This document shows positions 12,746 to 25,175 of a stretch of DNA of 64,000 bases, in pieces. Where the stretch lies: the NCBI GenBank assembly GCA_965235115.1, contig OZ249436.1:24182001-24246000 (forward strand). Reading direction: 5' to 3'. The position numbers and the translations under genes were made by a program. The DNA comes from Laetmonice hystrix (Eukaryota). The first letter of the stretch is position 1; every line of letters starts with the position of its first letter. The notes below the pieces were generated by a model. The model was given only the letters and a program-made list of their open reading frames with translations, ran no database searches and was not told the DNA's origin.

Positions 12746-13824
12746 GGCCTCCCCCGTATTTATATATATATATATAAAATATATATACACTTATTATTGT
12801 ATACTTTATTATCCCGGTATGTTAGTAGTAGTGGAATCCTTCTACTCGTTGTATTTACTTAAGAATGGGCATATTTGATGTTATGTATATTTAATCATGT
12901 AGTTACTGGAATATTGTGTTCCCTTAAGTCGGATGCGGGTACAGCGCCGGGTTCGGGTTGACGCTCGGGCCGTCATCTCCCAAGTTGTATAATGGTCATA
13001 TTGATACCATTGTCATAGTGAGTTGACACCGGCATATACCCAGCATCTTCCGTCCGTGATGGCCTCCATGGCGGACCCTTGGCTGAGTGAGCAGTGTCAC
13101 TAGGAGCCGCAGGATCCGGACGCTGACCGACCGGTGACACAATGTCATCTTGTAGGTCCGTGTCGGTGACCGCAGGCCACCGGGTCCACTGCTGGCAAAG
13201 CAGAGGGGGTGGAGTTCCGGGCCGGGATGCTTTTCCAGTCGAGTCAGTTGGAGGCAGTTCAGCAGTGGTTCAGCCTCTAGTCTAGTCTGTATACATTCTG
13301 AGAATACAATGATCATCACCGCCAGCCGTAGTTGACTTGTCATCACTGGGGTACATGGTACGGTAGCCCTCGGTCTCCCTCCTACCTCCGATCGCCTCTC
13401 AGGGTGGGTCCACGGGTGGCGACCGCGATAGGAGTCTTTTTGACGGCACTGAGTGGCACTGCAGTATGGCTATACACACTCCACGTGGTGCTTGATCTCT
13501 GGACTGTCCTGTCCCTGGACTGGACTATGACATAATTAACCTTTGATTTTTATCCCAGATGCCAGGAAAACGCATATTTGCCACTTTAACTTTCAATTTT
13601 TTCCCCCCAGAAATTTCCCCAAACTTTTCCTAAATACTTACGAGGGTGGGCATTATGCCCCCGGCTCCTGATAGCTAGAGCGCAGTCTGGTGGCCGCCCC
13701 CTGATCGGCTCCTTTGATTGACAGCTGCCGCCCTGATGGCTGACATGATATGTGACTGGCTTGTTCAGTGGTGGAATACAATATATGTAGGGGCCTCTTC
13801 GGTAAACATTCCTCAGGTTATATT

Positions 13825-14887
13825 TGTAATGTGTGCGTGTGGGTGTCGCCGGGATAAAACGCCTTAATTGACTTGACGAAGCATTTCTTTTTCCATTTCC
13901 AGGAGCTTTATTGCACTGATATCTACGTACCGTGAATCTGTATTAAAACAATCACAATAAGAGAAAATATAAGTAAAAATGCCATAATAAATTGCCATAA
14001 TTGCCATAAATAATTCCCTGTAGATATCTTTTAGAATAGGGAAAATATCCCATCATAACATAACATAAGCATGTTCGTGTACATTTCTTTTCACACCCTC
14101 AAGGGGGGAAAGCTTCACCTCTACACTGAGTCTAAAATCAAGATGGCGATTGGGGTTTTTAAAAACACGTACGGTAGCGTGACCTAATTAACACGAACAC
14201 CCCTTTTTATACCTTTTACATATCCAAATAGTCTGTAATAAAACTGCGGAAATGTAACCACAAAACGTGAACAATATAATCGTTGACATTTAGACCATTT
14301 AAATATGAATAATCACAAGAAAACTTACAACTCTGGCTCCTATGCCATTTTCACACACATTATGTTGACCGGTTGGGTGCCTTCTATATTACCTATTCAA
14401 TAAAACAATGCCGAATATTACAATCTGATAGTTAAACAATAATAACTCCATGATGTAAATCTTTATCTAGTCGAGAATAAAACCACGCTCCTTCCATATA
14501 TTTTTAAGAAACATCTCTCGGGCTGTACTGCCTGGACCGAGTCCTGCTCCTACACAAGTGAACGTGCGCGGGCACCTGATACACCTTACGTTACAAAACC
14601 CCTCATAAATCACACAAATACCGGTTGTACGGTTAACCCAATACAATAGACGTTTGAAGAACATGCGTCTTTACCTCATAAAACCTTGTTTGTCCGTACC
14701 ATGGTGACGAAAATGATTTAAAACCGTATGTATTTGTCGTCTCTTCGCTCGCCGGTTCGCATGTCTGGCTTTCAAATATGGCGACTATTTTTTTTCCTCG
14801 CAACCAGGGTCACTTCCGGGTCGGGGTCACTACCCATAAACGCCAGTGCCGGTTCCTATAGCCAGCTTTCCCGCGCTGGATATTACA
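13825..14887 (-). repeat. 3' LTR of BEL-1 (1063 bp)
   Basis: Direct repeat of 20452-21508; by eye differs by one 6-bp indel and one substitution. Confidence 0.98.
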
Positions 14888-15208
14888 CTCCCCACCTTGA
14901 ATTTTTTCCAAATTCTAAAACTCATTATACTTTAATTACCCATTTTGTCGATTTTACACTTCAATACACGATACAAACCATATCATATTAAAATTTCTGG
15001 AATCGACATAATACAATTTGTCTACACCATTTATCCCACGTATACATATAACAGCCTTGGCATGGGCCTACGTGAGGCCTATCAGTATCAACGAACAGAC
15101 AAACATCAGAGGACCTCCAACCGAAGTATATACTTCAACTGTTTTTGTCAACCTTAAACCTTACATTACAATTCAAATCGCGGATGATTGACCTAATACA
15201 GTGACTTT

Positions 15209-18200
15209 CTAATACAATTTTCCCTCGAGCATGACGAGTTTACATATTGGTCTGATCAAATGCGTACTCTTAGTTTTGAGTTTGACGGATCTGACAAGAT
15301 TATCCTTGCCAGGGTATACCTCAACAACTCTACCTAGCGGCCACACATTCCTGGGTACATTTTCTTCTATGATCAACAGTAGATCCCCAACACTAACATT
15401 TGGCAGCTTATGTGACCATTTCTGTCTTTTCTGTAGTTCTGGCAGATACAATTTTGACCACCTCCTCCAGAACACTGAGGCCAGATATTGGACCTGTCTC
15501 CACTGTCTCCTATATATGTCAGTTTTGTCAGACGCACAAGGGGGAGCATCAAGTCCCTCTCTCATTAATAGCAAGTGGTTCGGCTTCAAAACCCGGAGGT
15601 CGTTGACATCATCGCTGTTGGCCGTAATTGGCCTATTATTTAAAATAGCCTCCACTTCACACATAAAGGTACTTAACGTCTCCTCATTTAGTGACTGTTC
15701 ACCAACAAGACCCTGGAGCACTTTCCTGATGGATCTTATTTGCCTCTCCCAGGCTCCCCCCATATGACTGGAGTGGGGGGGAATAAAGTTCCATGTGATG
15801 TCGTTCCGTAACAGTTGACCTGTTATCTTTTCTTGATCTAATTCCTTCAATCCTTTGCTCAATTCCTTGTTTGTGCTGACAAAATTGCCACCGTTATCTG
15901 ACGTAATTGTCTTTGGTTGTCCTCTCCTTGCTATGAAACGTCTGAGGGCGTTCAGGAAGGAATGTGTGTCCATACTGAACAGGACTTCAATGTGAACTGC
16001 TCGAGTTGTCATACATGTGAAAACACATCCATACCGCTTCACTTCGGATCATGCCCGCTTTATAATGAATGGGCCAAAACAGTCCACTCCCGTGTGAGTG
16101 AAGGGAATGTCTCCCACACCCAGTCTGGTGTCGGGTACGTCTGCCATCCTTTGAGTACAGGGCCTGCTATTTATTTTCTTGCAGGTTACACACTTTCTCA
16201 ACTCACTTGTGACCTTTCTCCTCTCTATCCAGTATCTCTCCCTGAGTTGGGCTAGGGTATACTCACGACCCAGGTGGCCAATTTCATGAGCATGACGAAT
16301 CAACATGCGTGCGACACTATTGTCTGGTATCAGTATTTGTCTCCTACAGTTTGTGCCGTGCTCCTTAGCCGTCCACCGACTCTCACTATACCCTCTTCAT
16401 CTATACAAGGGCTTAATTGATGATACCTGTGGCCCTTGTTTTTTCCCATTATCACTTCCTTCAATTCCTGTTGTATGTGTCGCACGATTTCCCTCTCCGA
16501 GTTGTCCATGTCTTGGACTGTCATCTGCTTGGTCGGAGGGGGTTTTCCACTCTTCAACCTGTCCTTCATCTTCAGTATCCAGGCAACAGCCTTCTTGAGT
16601 CTGTGGCAGGAGGAATAGTGTTCAATTAACATGTCTAGTGGATGCCGTGTTTCAGATTGTCTCCTTCATTTGTTATAACATTTGTGTCACATTGGTTCAC
16701 TACCACCTGTTTCTTGACCTCTGGATCACATGCACTTATTGACAGATCAGTCTCCTTTACTTCCCAATCAGACTTGTAGTCTCTGAGGAAGTTAGGGCCA
16801 CGCAACCATTTCTTGACGTCTATTTGCTTTGTAGTGCATCCCCGGGATATAATATCAGCAGGGTTTTCAGTTCCTGATATATGGCGCCATTGTTCTGGTG
16901 ACGAACTCTTCCTTATGGCGCTGACCCGGTTTGCCACAAACACTTGAAACCTTTTGTCCTCATTCTTGACGTACCTGAGCACAATTTCGCTATCAACCCA
17001 GAAATATGACCTGCTCAGTCGGAGATCAGGTTGTCTCCTTAACATAACGTCCACCCGAGCTGCTAACACCGCTGCTTGGAGCTCAAGTCTGGGGATTGTT
17101 AGTGATTTGATAGGCGCGACTCGACTCTTGCTCAGGAGGAGAGCGGTATATATTTTGCCATTCTTGTCCACACATCTCAGGTACGAACAGCATCCATATG
17201 CTTTTTCACTGGCGTCACTGAAGTGATGCAACTCCAGGAATGCGTCATTGTAATCCACTGGTTTCACACAGCGTGGTATCTTGATCTGACTTATGTCCTT
17301 CATGGTCATCGTCCATTCGTCCCATTCTCGACTCATTCCTCGTGGTATTATTTCATCCCAAGCCAGGCCTAGTCTCGTGGCTTCTTGTAGTAACATCTTG
17401 CCCTTTAAGATCACAGGGCCGACTAATCCTAATGGGTCATACATGGTTGCTACACAACTCAACATCTTCCTCCTCGTCAGATTAGTGTGCCTTTCCATTT
17501 CTTTGTCAGTTTCAAAGTATAGGCTATCTGTTTGGACGTCCCACCTCACTCCTAGAGCCTTGCTGTCATTTACATTGTCTATGCACCTCACTTCCTGTGC
17601 CACATCATCGGCTGGAAGGCCAAATAACAGTTCGTCATCATTTGTCACAAATTTAGTTAAGTGAAAACCTGCACTTGCTAAAACTTCCTTCGTCTCTCTT
17701 ATCTGTCCCTCTGCTTCATGTTTGGTACCCACCGACTTCAAGCAGTCATCGACGTAAAACGCTGAGCATATTGTATCTCTGACGGATGGGGACAAGTCTT
17801 GATCATGTGTGATGCGTCGTAGAGCATAGGTTGCTGCACTGGCACACCACACCCCACCAAACAGATGGGTCTTCATCCTGTAGTGTCTGATGGCACCACT
17901 CCCGTCGTACCAGATGAAGCGGAGGGCGTCTCTGTTGGGTTTAGTGACATGCACTTGATTGTACATGGCTTCGATGTCAGCCATGTAAGCATAAGGGTCT
18001 TGACGGAATCTCAGCAAGACGTGCGTTAGTTTGTTGTTCAAATCCGGACCTTGGTAGGCCTTGTCATTTAGTGCTTCACCCTTGAACCTGGCTGCACAGT
18101 CAAATACCACCCTCACCTTGCCTGGTTTTTTCTCTGTAACGACTGGTTGATGGGGAATATACCAAACCCTGTCTCCAGTCATTATCTCCTCTTCTGGCAC

Positions 18201-20408
18201 AGGTTCGGCATACTCTTTGAGCAACATCTTCTCTACTTCCCTGTCATATTGTTCGTAAATTCCTTTTCTTATGAGGCTCCTTTTTAGGTTAGCAAGTCGA
18301 GGGATAGCCATCCCTAGATTGTTGGGGAAGTCCTTTCCCTGTTGCCAGGGTATGGGGAGCTCGTAATGACCATTCACAAGCCTGCACTCCTCATCCCACA
18401 ATTTCCTGACTCTCTCATCGTTCACAGACAAGCCAAGTTCTCCATCTTCAATCTCGTCCATGACCTGTGTCGTGTTTCCTTCCTTGTTCGACATAGATAG
18501 CATGCTTATAAAGTGGGATACAATTCTTCTGTTGACTGGGCCACCTGCTGGTCCATTCACTGACCAACCTAGTATAGTTCGGGTAGCATACGGCTCTCCT
18601 ATCTCACCCCTCCTCACCTCCAGGGGGATAAGACACTCTGCATTGTCCTGTCCGATGAGCAGTTCCACGTTAACTGCCCCTTTTACTAGTGGGAGGTCTC
18701 TCAGGTGAGATAACCCTCTAACGTCGATGGGGGGTGACCTCACAGGGATATTATCCACAACAAACACATTTGACATAGGTAAGGTGTCGACACAGTTTTG
18801 TGGTGCTAATTCCAAGTTCACACACTTTGTCCTCCTTGTTTCTTCGCTGCCGAGTGTGCTGAGCTCATAGCTGATGTCCCGGCCCACAACACCCAGCTTG
18901 TCTGCTAATCCCCTTGTACAGAAACTGCCGGATGAAGCAGTGTCCAGGAGTGCATGAGTGTGACGTGTGCCATTTACTAGTACAGGAACGATCGGCATGT
19001 AGACACTGGACACTGTACTTGTGCTGGCATTGGTGACTGTGACGGCGTCATCTTCCACATGTATAAACTTTGTGTGCTTTTTTCCACACCCGGGAACACT
19101 GCACACTGAGGCTTTCCTACAGTCTTGTGTCTTGTGGTTTGCGAGCAGACAGTTCTCACACAACTTGTGAACTCTAACTAATTCTAAGCGCTCCCTTGCA
19201 CTTCTGTCTTTAAATGTCTGACAGTACCACAGGCGGTGTTTTTCACCACACAGAACACAGGGTGGTTCTGTCCATTTGTTGGACGTCATTGGGGGGCGAG
19301 AGTACTGTTTCCTCGCTGTATCATGGCTTCCTTGTCTTGGTTGGCCGTCTGCTCCACGCTGGGTGTCCGGTCTGGGGTGTCGGTCAGTTCGGCGTTGTGC
19401 GTCCACTATGGGGCGATGATCAGTGCTCCTGGGGTAACTATCTGCTGCAGTATAGTATGACGTATGTCTGGGCCTTTTGGCTGGCTCTTCACGCGTTCTT
19501 TGGCCCAAACGACCATATATGGGGTCGTTTAGTTCGGTCGATATCTGGCTTACAAAGCTCACAAATTTTTGTAGACCAGGGTATTGCCCAGTCTCCCTCT
19601 TCCCTTCGAGCGCCTGTTTCCTCCATCCATTTTGGACAAATGGTTGTAGTCTGCCGAGTATTTCCACAATAGCTGTCTGTGTATCCAGTTCCGATAGTTT
19701 GTTCATTTTCGACAGAACGAGGTAACAGTTCTCTAAATCGTCAGAGAAGCGTTGGAAATCTGTGGGTGACTTTACGCACTTGCCTCTCCTAATATCACTG
19801 ATGATCCTCTCTGCCACCAGGTGGTCATTACCAAACCTTGTGTGCAGTATGTCTTTCGCTTTCTTATATCCTGTCTCTCCTCCTATGAGAGAACACATTC
19901 TAAAAGCCTCTTTAGCTGCTCCGGAGGTATATTCCAACAGTCTGGAGAGTTTCGTACCGGCACTAGCTGTGGCTGTGTCCACTTCCTGATCAAATACAGC
20001 TATAAATGTATGGTAATGCATTGGGTTGCCATCGAACACTTCCAAAGTTAGTTTAGGGAGACGCATTAATCCCAATAATTCATCTCTGTTAATGTCACTA
20101 CCGATGTTCCTCGTTGAGCTGGGTGGAGTCTCACCAGTGTACTCCCTCACTGCCAACAGGGTCTCAATGTACTTGTTCTGTACTGAAGAGAAATACACCT
20201 CACTCTCTTCAATCTCCTTTTCCACATGTAACGCCTCATGATATGCATCCTGTGCCTTTCTGAAATCTCCGAAGACCTCTTTCAAGCGCCGGGTCTCTTG
20301 CTTCACCTTTTCTGACTCTTCTTCCGCTATGAGTTGTCTGATTACGTTCACTTGTTTCGTGACAACGCGTTTCTGTTTCGTCCTCTCACTCTTCAGGGGG
20401 TCCGCCAT
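15209..20408 (-). pseudogene. BEL/Pao Gag-Pol polyprotein; 1257-aa open part, then frameshifts and a stop in the integrase region
   Basis: Three Cys/His knuckles (CVLCGEKHRLWYC, CENCLLANHKTQDC, CSVPGCGKKHTKFIH), protease ALLDTAS, RT FYVDD, RNase H HFSDASEKAYG, integrase SDNGGNF..GAWER; lesions near 16650, 16345 and 16050. Confidence 0.96.
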
Positions 20409-20451
20409 GATGTTTGAGGACAGTTGTCCAAACTGTAGGACAGTTATTCAC

Positions 20452-21508
20452 TGTAATGTGTGCGTGTGGGTGTCGCCGGGATAAAACGCCTTAATTGACT
20501 TGACGAAGCATTTCTTTTTCCATTTCCAGGAGCTTTATTGCACTGATATCTACGTACCGTGAATCTGTATTAAAACAATCACAATAAGAGAAAATATAAG
20601 TAAAAATGCCATAATAAATTGCCATCATTGCCATAAATAATTCCCTGTAGATATCTTTTAGAATAGGGAAAATATCCCATCATAACATAACATAAGCATG
20701 TTCGTGTACATTTCTTTTCACACCCTCAAGGGGGGAAAGCTTCACCTCTACACTAAAATCAAGATGGCGATTGGGGTTTTTAAAAACACGTACGGTAGCG
20801 TGACCTAATTAACACGAACACCCCTTTTTATACCTTTTACATATCCAAATAGTCTGTAATAAAACTGCGGAAATGTAACCACAAAACGTGAACAATATAA
20901 TCGTTGACATTTAGACCATTTAAATATGAATAATCACAAGAAAACTTACAACTCTGGCTCCTATGCCATTTTCACACACATTATGTTGACCGGTTGGGTG
21001 CCTTCTATATTACCTATTCAATAAAACAATGCCGAATATTACAATCTGATAGTTAAACAATAATAACTCCATGATGTAAATCTTTATCTAGTCGAGAATA
21101 AAACCACGCTCCTTCCATATATTTTTAAGAAACATCTCTCGGGCTGTACTGCCTGGACCGAGTCCTGCTCCTACACAAGTGAACGTGCGCGGGCACCTGA
21201 TACACCTTACGTTACAAAACCCCTCATAAATCACACAAATACCGGTTGTACGGTTAACCCAATACAATAGACGTTTGAAGAACATGCGTCTTTACCTCAT
21301 AAAACCTTGTTTGTCCGTACCATGGTGACGAAAATGATTTAAAACCGTATGTATTTGTCGTCTCTTCGCTCGCCGGTTCGCATGTCTGGCTTTCAAATAT
21401 GGCGACTATTTTTTTTCCTCGCAACCAGGGTCACTTCCGGGTCGGGGTCACTACCCATAAACGCCAGTGCCGGTTCCTATAGCCAGCTTTCCCGCGCTGG
21501 ATATTACA
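20452..21508 (-). repeat. 5' LTR of BEL-1 (1057 bp)
   Basis: Direct repeat of 13825-14887. Confidence 0.98.
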
Positions 21509-21689
21509 ATATTACCATGCAGATATTCGCTAGGAACTCTTGATTGCCAAGCAATACAGGTAGGATCCCATTTCCCCAATGGTTTTCTATCATTACCTAC
21601 ATTTTTCTCTATTTTAATTTGACTGTCCTGTGATTCAGCCAACTGTGGAACCATCCACACCAACCTGCTGGCTCACTAAACCAATATAG

Positions 21690-22110
21690 GGCGCCGCTGA
21701 CTGGGGGGAGTGTAGGAGTCACCGTAGACCCGACCTTATCAGCAGCAGTTACGTAACGCTGCCAACACCGGGCTGGGAGAGGCGGCTGGCATCACAGCAG
21801 GCGGTTTGTGTATTCAGAGATGCTAACCGTCAGAGGGTAAAAATATATTATTGTGGAGACTATTCCCATTAAAACCTACAATTCTGGCCACATTACCTTT
21901 CCAAAAAACGAACTTAACAATCAGTGGTATACCTGAATCTATTCACTTTGTAATTGTTGTATTTGATATGGCTATCTTAAACACGTTTCAAGGTAGAGCC
22001 TGTCAACAGTCAAATTACATATTTCATCATAAATAAAAATATATTGGTAAATTTATTAAAAGAATTATACAAAGTGATCAATCGTCAACAGCAGCACATA
22101 TCTACTGACC
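21690..22110 (+). repeat. Interspersed repeat, copy 1 (copy 2 at ~45830-46222)
   Basis: Shared gaccttatcagcagcagttacgtaa..gtgtattcagagatgctaaccgtcag..aatcagtggtatacctgaat. Confidence 0.85.
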
Positions 22111-22599
22111 AAATACACGATTCCTATATGACTAAAGCAGTTTTAGAAAAAAATGTCAAAATTGACAAACTTCAAAGTCACGTGGTTCGGCGAAAATAGG
22201 TCAAATCGCTAATCCCTGCAAAAATCCTGTGGAGCTTTCGTTAGAGATTGTTTCTGCCGAATATTGTCGAATTTTACCCAAAAATAGAGAAGAAGAAGAA
22301 GCGATTTAACCGATTACTAGGACCCAGTTCTCCCCAAGGTCAAAGGTCAAAGTTCAAATCAAGGTTCAAATTAAAGCAGCACCCTTGGCCGATTATGAAG
22401 CCGTAACACGTTTTTGAAAAAATCCCAATATGAGCTTAAAAAATGGCCTCAATATTCATAATACGTTTGACGTCATCACGTCATGACGTGACGTCACATG
22501 ATATCATGATTCGATGCCTGACCAGACTTTGTCATTGTCAACATGTGTACCAAATTTCATTGAGATATGTTGAAAATTGACTAAGTTAGACATACTGTC

Positions 22600-22830
22600 T
22601 AACTACTACTACTACTACTACTACGCCAAATATAATACAGAAGACGAAACCACACAATTTCAAAATCCCATCCCCTCCGTAGGGGATGGGATAATAATAA
22701 TACAGAAACCGAAACCAGACAATTTCTAGATCCCATCCCCTGGATAGGGGATGGGATAACTAGACCTGTCGTGGTTAAAACCACGATGGATCCCATCCCT
22801 TGGGGGGCATGTCCGTATGACTTAGTAAGG
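22600..22830 (+). mobile_element. Helentron/HINE-like tail-to-head junction
   Basis: (cta)n microsatellite, two hairpins (cccatcccc..ggggatggg) each followed by ataa, then a new copy starting aactagacctgtc. Confidence 0.6.
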
Positions 22831-24250
22831 TCATTATGACGTTTAATGTTGGTGTCAAGAGCATGTATGACTTCCTAGTCGTGTTCAATAGTAACTATGG
22901 CTTTCAGACCGCCACGGTCTCAGCGTTGGCACTGCCGGGCCTCCGCCCGCTCTGACTGCCGACGACACAGTGTACACACACCGCCCGCCGGTCGAGGCTC
23001 CGACCGCCGCGGTGATATAAACAACTCCCGATTTATTGTCTTTCACTGTCATACTGCTTAAACTTGTATGTTATTATGATGTCAGGGTTAATACCTTTAG
23101 GAGTGGCCAGTTTTTATTTCTTTTAAAGCCACTTTAGGTAGGGTTTTAGGCTTCGGTGGAATCATGACAGTCGCTCGGTGGGTTGCGCAGCAACGGCTTG
23201 TTATGATTCGGTGGCACCGAGTCCCACCGAACCTCCACCGAGCCTCCACCGAGGTCCCACCGAAGACACCGAAGGCGGGGTCATGTGACGGCTCTAAGCC
23301 AATCAGGGCGCGTCTAGCGACCCGGTTACTATAAAAGTACTATAAAAGGGCGAGGTTCCATAGGATAAACCTCTGGCGGTGGGCATTACGTCATATGCTA
23401 TTTTTAGCACATTGTGACGGTTGCGCCCCCTACAGGACGAATAAATTGCCTATACTTTATAATGGGAAGCCAGTGCTTGCTGAAGGAAATCTATAATTGC
23501 GGTGGTGTTTATTGGCTCTTAATTTTTATACTTGGCAAGGGTATTTATAACATATCAAGGAATAATGGTGCAAAATGAGATCATTAAGAGCCAAATATTG
23601 CACCTTTTACAAGGGGGTGAACTTGCAGTGTTGTATAGCCTGATCATGCAGGCACAGTTTCACACGACTATGATATTTGACGGAACAGTCCTATTGTCAT
23701 CACTCAGATACTGTGACGTCACAATACTTTTGGAACTTAAACAATAGGGCCTAATTTCTAACGTCACAATAGTGGCCGATATGACGTCATGATAGCCGCC
23801 AGGCTGTTCCCCCCGAACGGCCGCCCAGGCTACTATAAAAGGGGCGTGTCTTCGGTGGCGGGAGATTCGATACTAGAGACACTAGAACTGACAGAACGGT
23901 GTTGTAGCAAGCGGTACAACCGCCTGAAAACCTTGAGAAAGGTACGTCGGCCATGGTTCCGACAATTAGTTACACCGTTCTTGTTCGTTTGACACTTGTT
24001 ACGTTGGGTTGTCTCAGTTGTTAGAATTATTTTGACTCTGGTTTAGATGTTCAATCAGGAATGTCTGTTGTTTACCTCATCCACCCGGGCCCCGCCCACT
24101 TCACTGCCGTCCAACCATTTTAATGTTGACAAACAATCCCTGTCGTTTGACATGGTAAGCATGCTGCATGGTAGGTCTAGGATTAGCGTTGATTGTTTGA
24201 TGATGTTTAACTTTCAGGTTTAGGCCTAAGGCTAAGAGTAAGAGTTAACC

Positions 24251-24907
24251 CTAGTTTTAACAGTGTGATATCCCATTCCACTGAGCCTGAGGGCTTACAC
24301 CACAATGGTGGTGACTAACTAGTAGTAAGCTAGAGTTAAATCATTAAAACTAGTTTTAACAGTGTGATATCCCATTCCACTGAGCCTGAGGGCTTACATC
24401 ACAATGGTGATGACTAACTAGTATTAAACTAGAGTTAAATTAGATTAAATCATTAATACTAGTTTTATCAGTGTGATATCCCATTCCACTGAGCCTGAGG
24501 GCTTACATCACAATGGTGATGACTAACTAGTATTAAACTAGAGTTAAATTGGATTAAATCATTAATACTAGTTTTATCAGTGTGATATCCCATTCCACTG
24601 AGCCTGAGGGCTTACACCACAATGGTGGTGACTAACTAGTATTAAACTAGAGTTAAATTAGATTAAATCATTAAAACTAGTTTTAACAGTGTGATATCCC
24701 ATTCCACTGAGCCTGAGGGCTTACATCACAATGGTGATGACTAACTAGTATTAAACTAGAGTTAGAGTAGATTAAATCATTAAAACTAGTTTTAACAGTG
24801 TGATATCCCATTCCACTGAGCCTGAGGGCTTACATCACAATGGTGGTGACTAACTAGTATTAAATTAGAGTTAAACTAGATTGGATAATTAAGACTAGTT
24901 TTAGTCC
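24251..24907. repeat. Tandem array, 109-bp unit x6
   Basis: agtgtgatatcccattccactgagcctgagggcttac.. starts at 24262, 24361, 24470, 24579, 24688 and 24797 (first unit 99 bp). Confidence 0.97.
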
Positions 24908-25175
24908 AGTGTGATACTTATCACCTGAGGAGTTACATCACTATAAGTGATGAGTCCAGTATGATACTGATCACCTGAGGAGTTACGTCACTATAAGTGA
25001 TGAGTCCAGTGTGATACTGATCACCTGAGGAATTACATCACTATAAGTGATGAGTCCAGTGTGATACTGATCACCTGAGGAATTACATCACTATAAGTGA
25101 TGAGTTATATGTTTTAGTCCAGTGTGATAATTGATCACCTGAAGAATTGCATCACCATAGCCCAGGTGATGAGTT
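24908..25175. repeat. Tandem array, 50-bp unit x4 plus a degenerate copy
   Basis: agtgtgatactgatcacctgaggaattacatcactataagtgatgagtcc at 24908, 24958, 25008 and 25058, degenerate at ~25121. Confidence 0.95.

Larger units (their letters stand above)
13825..21508 (-). mobile_element. Full-length BEL/Pao LTR retrotransposon (BEL-1)
   Basis: Two TG..CA LTRs, 5-bp TSD ATATT (13820-13824 and 21509-21513), polypurine tract aaggtggggag next to the 3' LTR, gag-PR-RT-RH-IN order. Confidence 0.98.

Noticed and set aside
12820..13532. Polinton terminus (AGTAGT) or solo LTR
   Set aside because: No matching inverted end, TSD or Polinton gene found; left unclassified.
14467..14991. Duplicated small ORFs (also 21088-21543)
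   Set aside because: They are duplicated only because they lie in the two LTRs; no protein motif recognised.
15231..20241. Plus-strand ORFs over BEL-1 (likewise antisense ORFs over the DIRS, piggyBac and Tigger ORFs)
   Set aside because: Antisense shadows of real coding frames.
24908..25110. Hammerhead ribozyme array (gtgatgagtcc resembles CUGAUGA plus stem II)
   Set aside because: The first core base is G not C, and there is no GAAA core segment or closing stem.
24251..25175. CRISPR-like array
   Set aside because: Sequences between the conserved blocks are themselves repeated, so there are no unique spacers; no cas genes; eukaryotic context.
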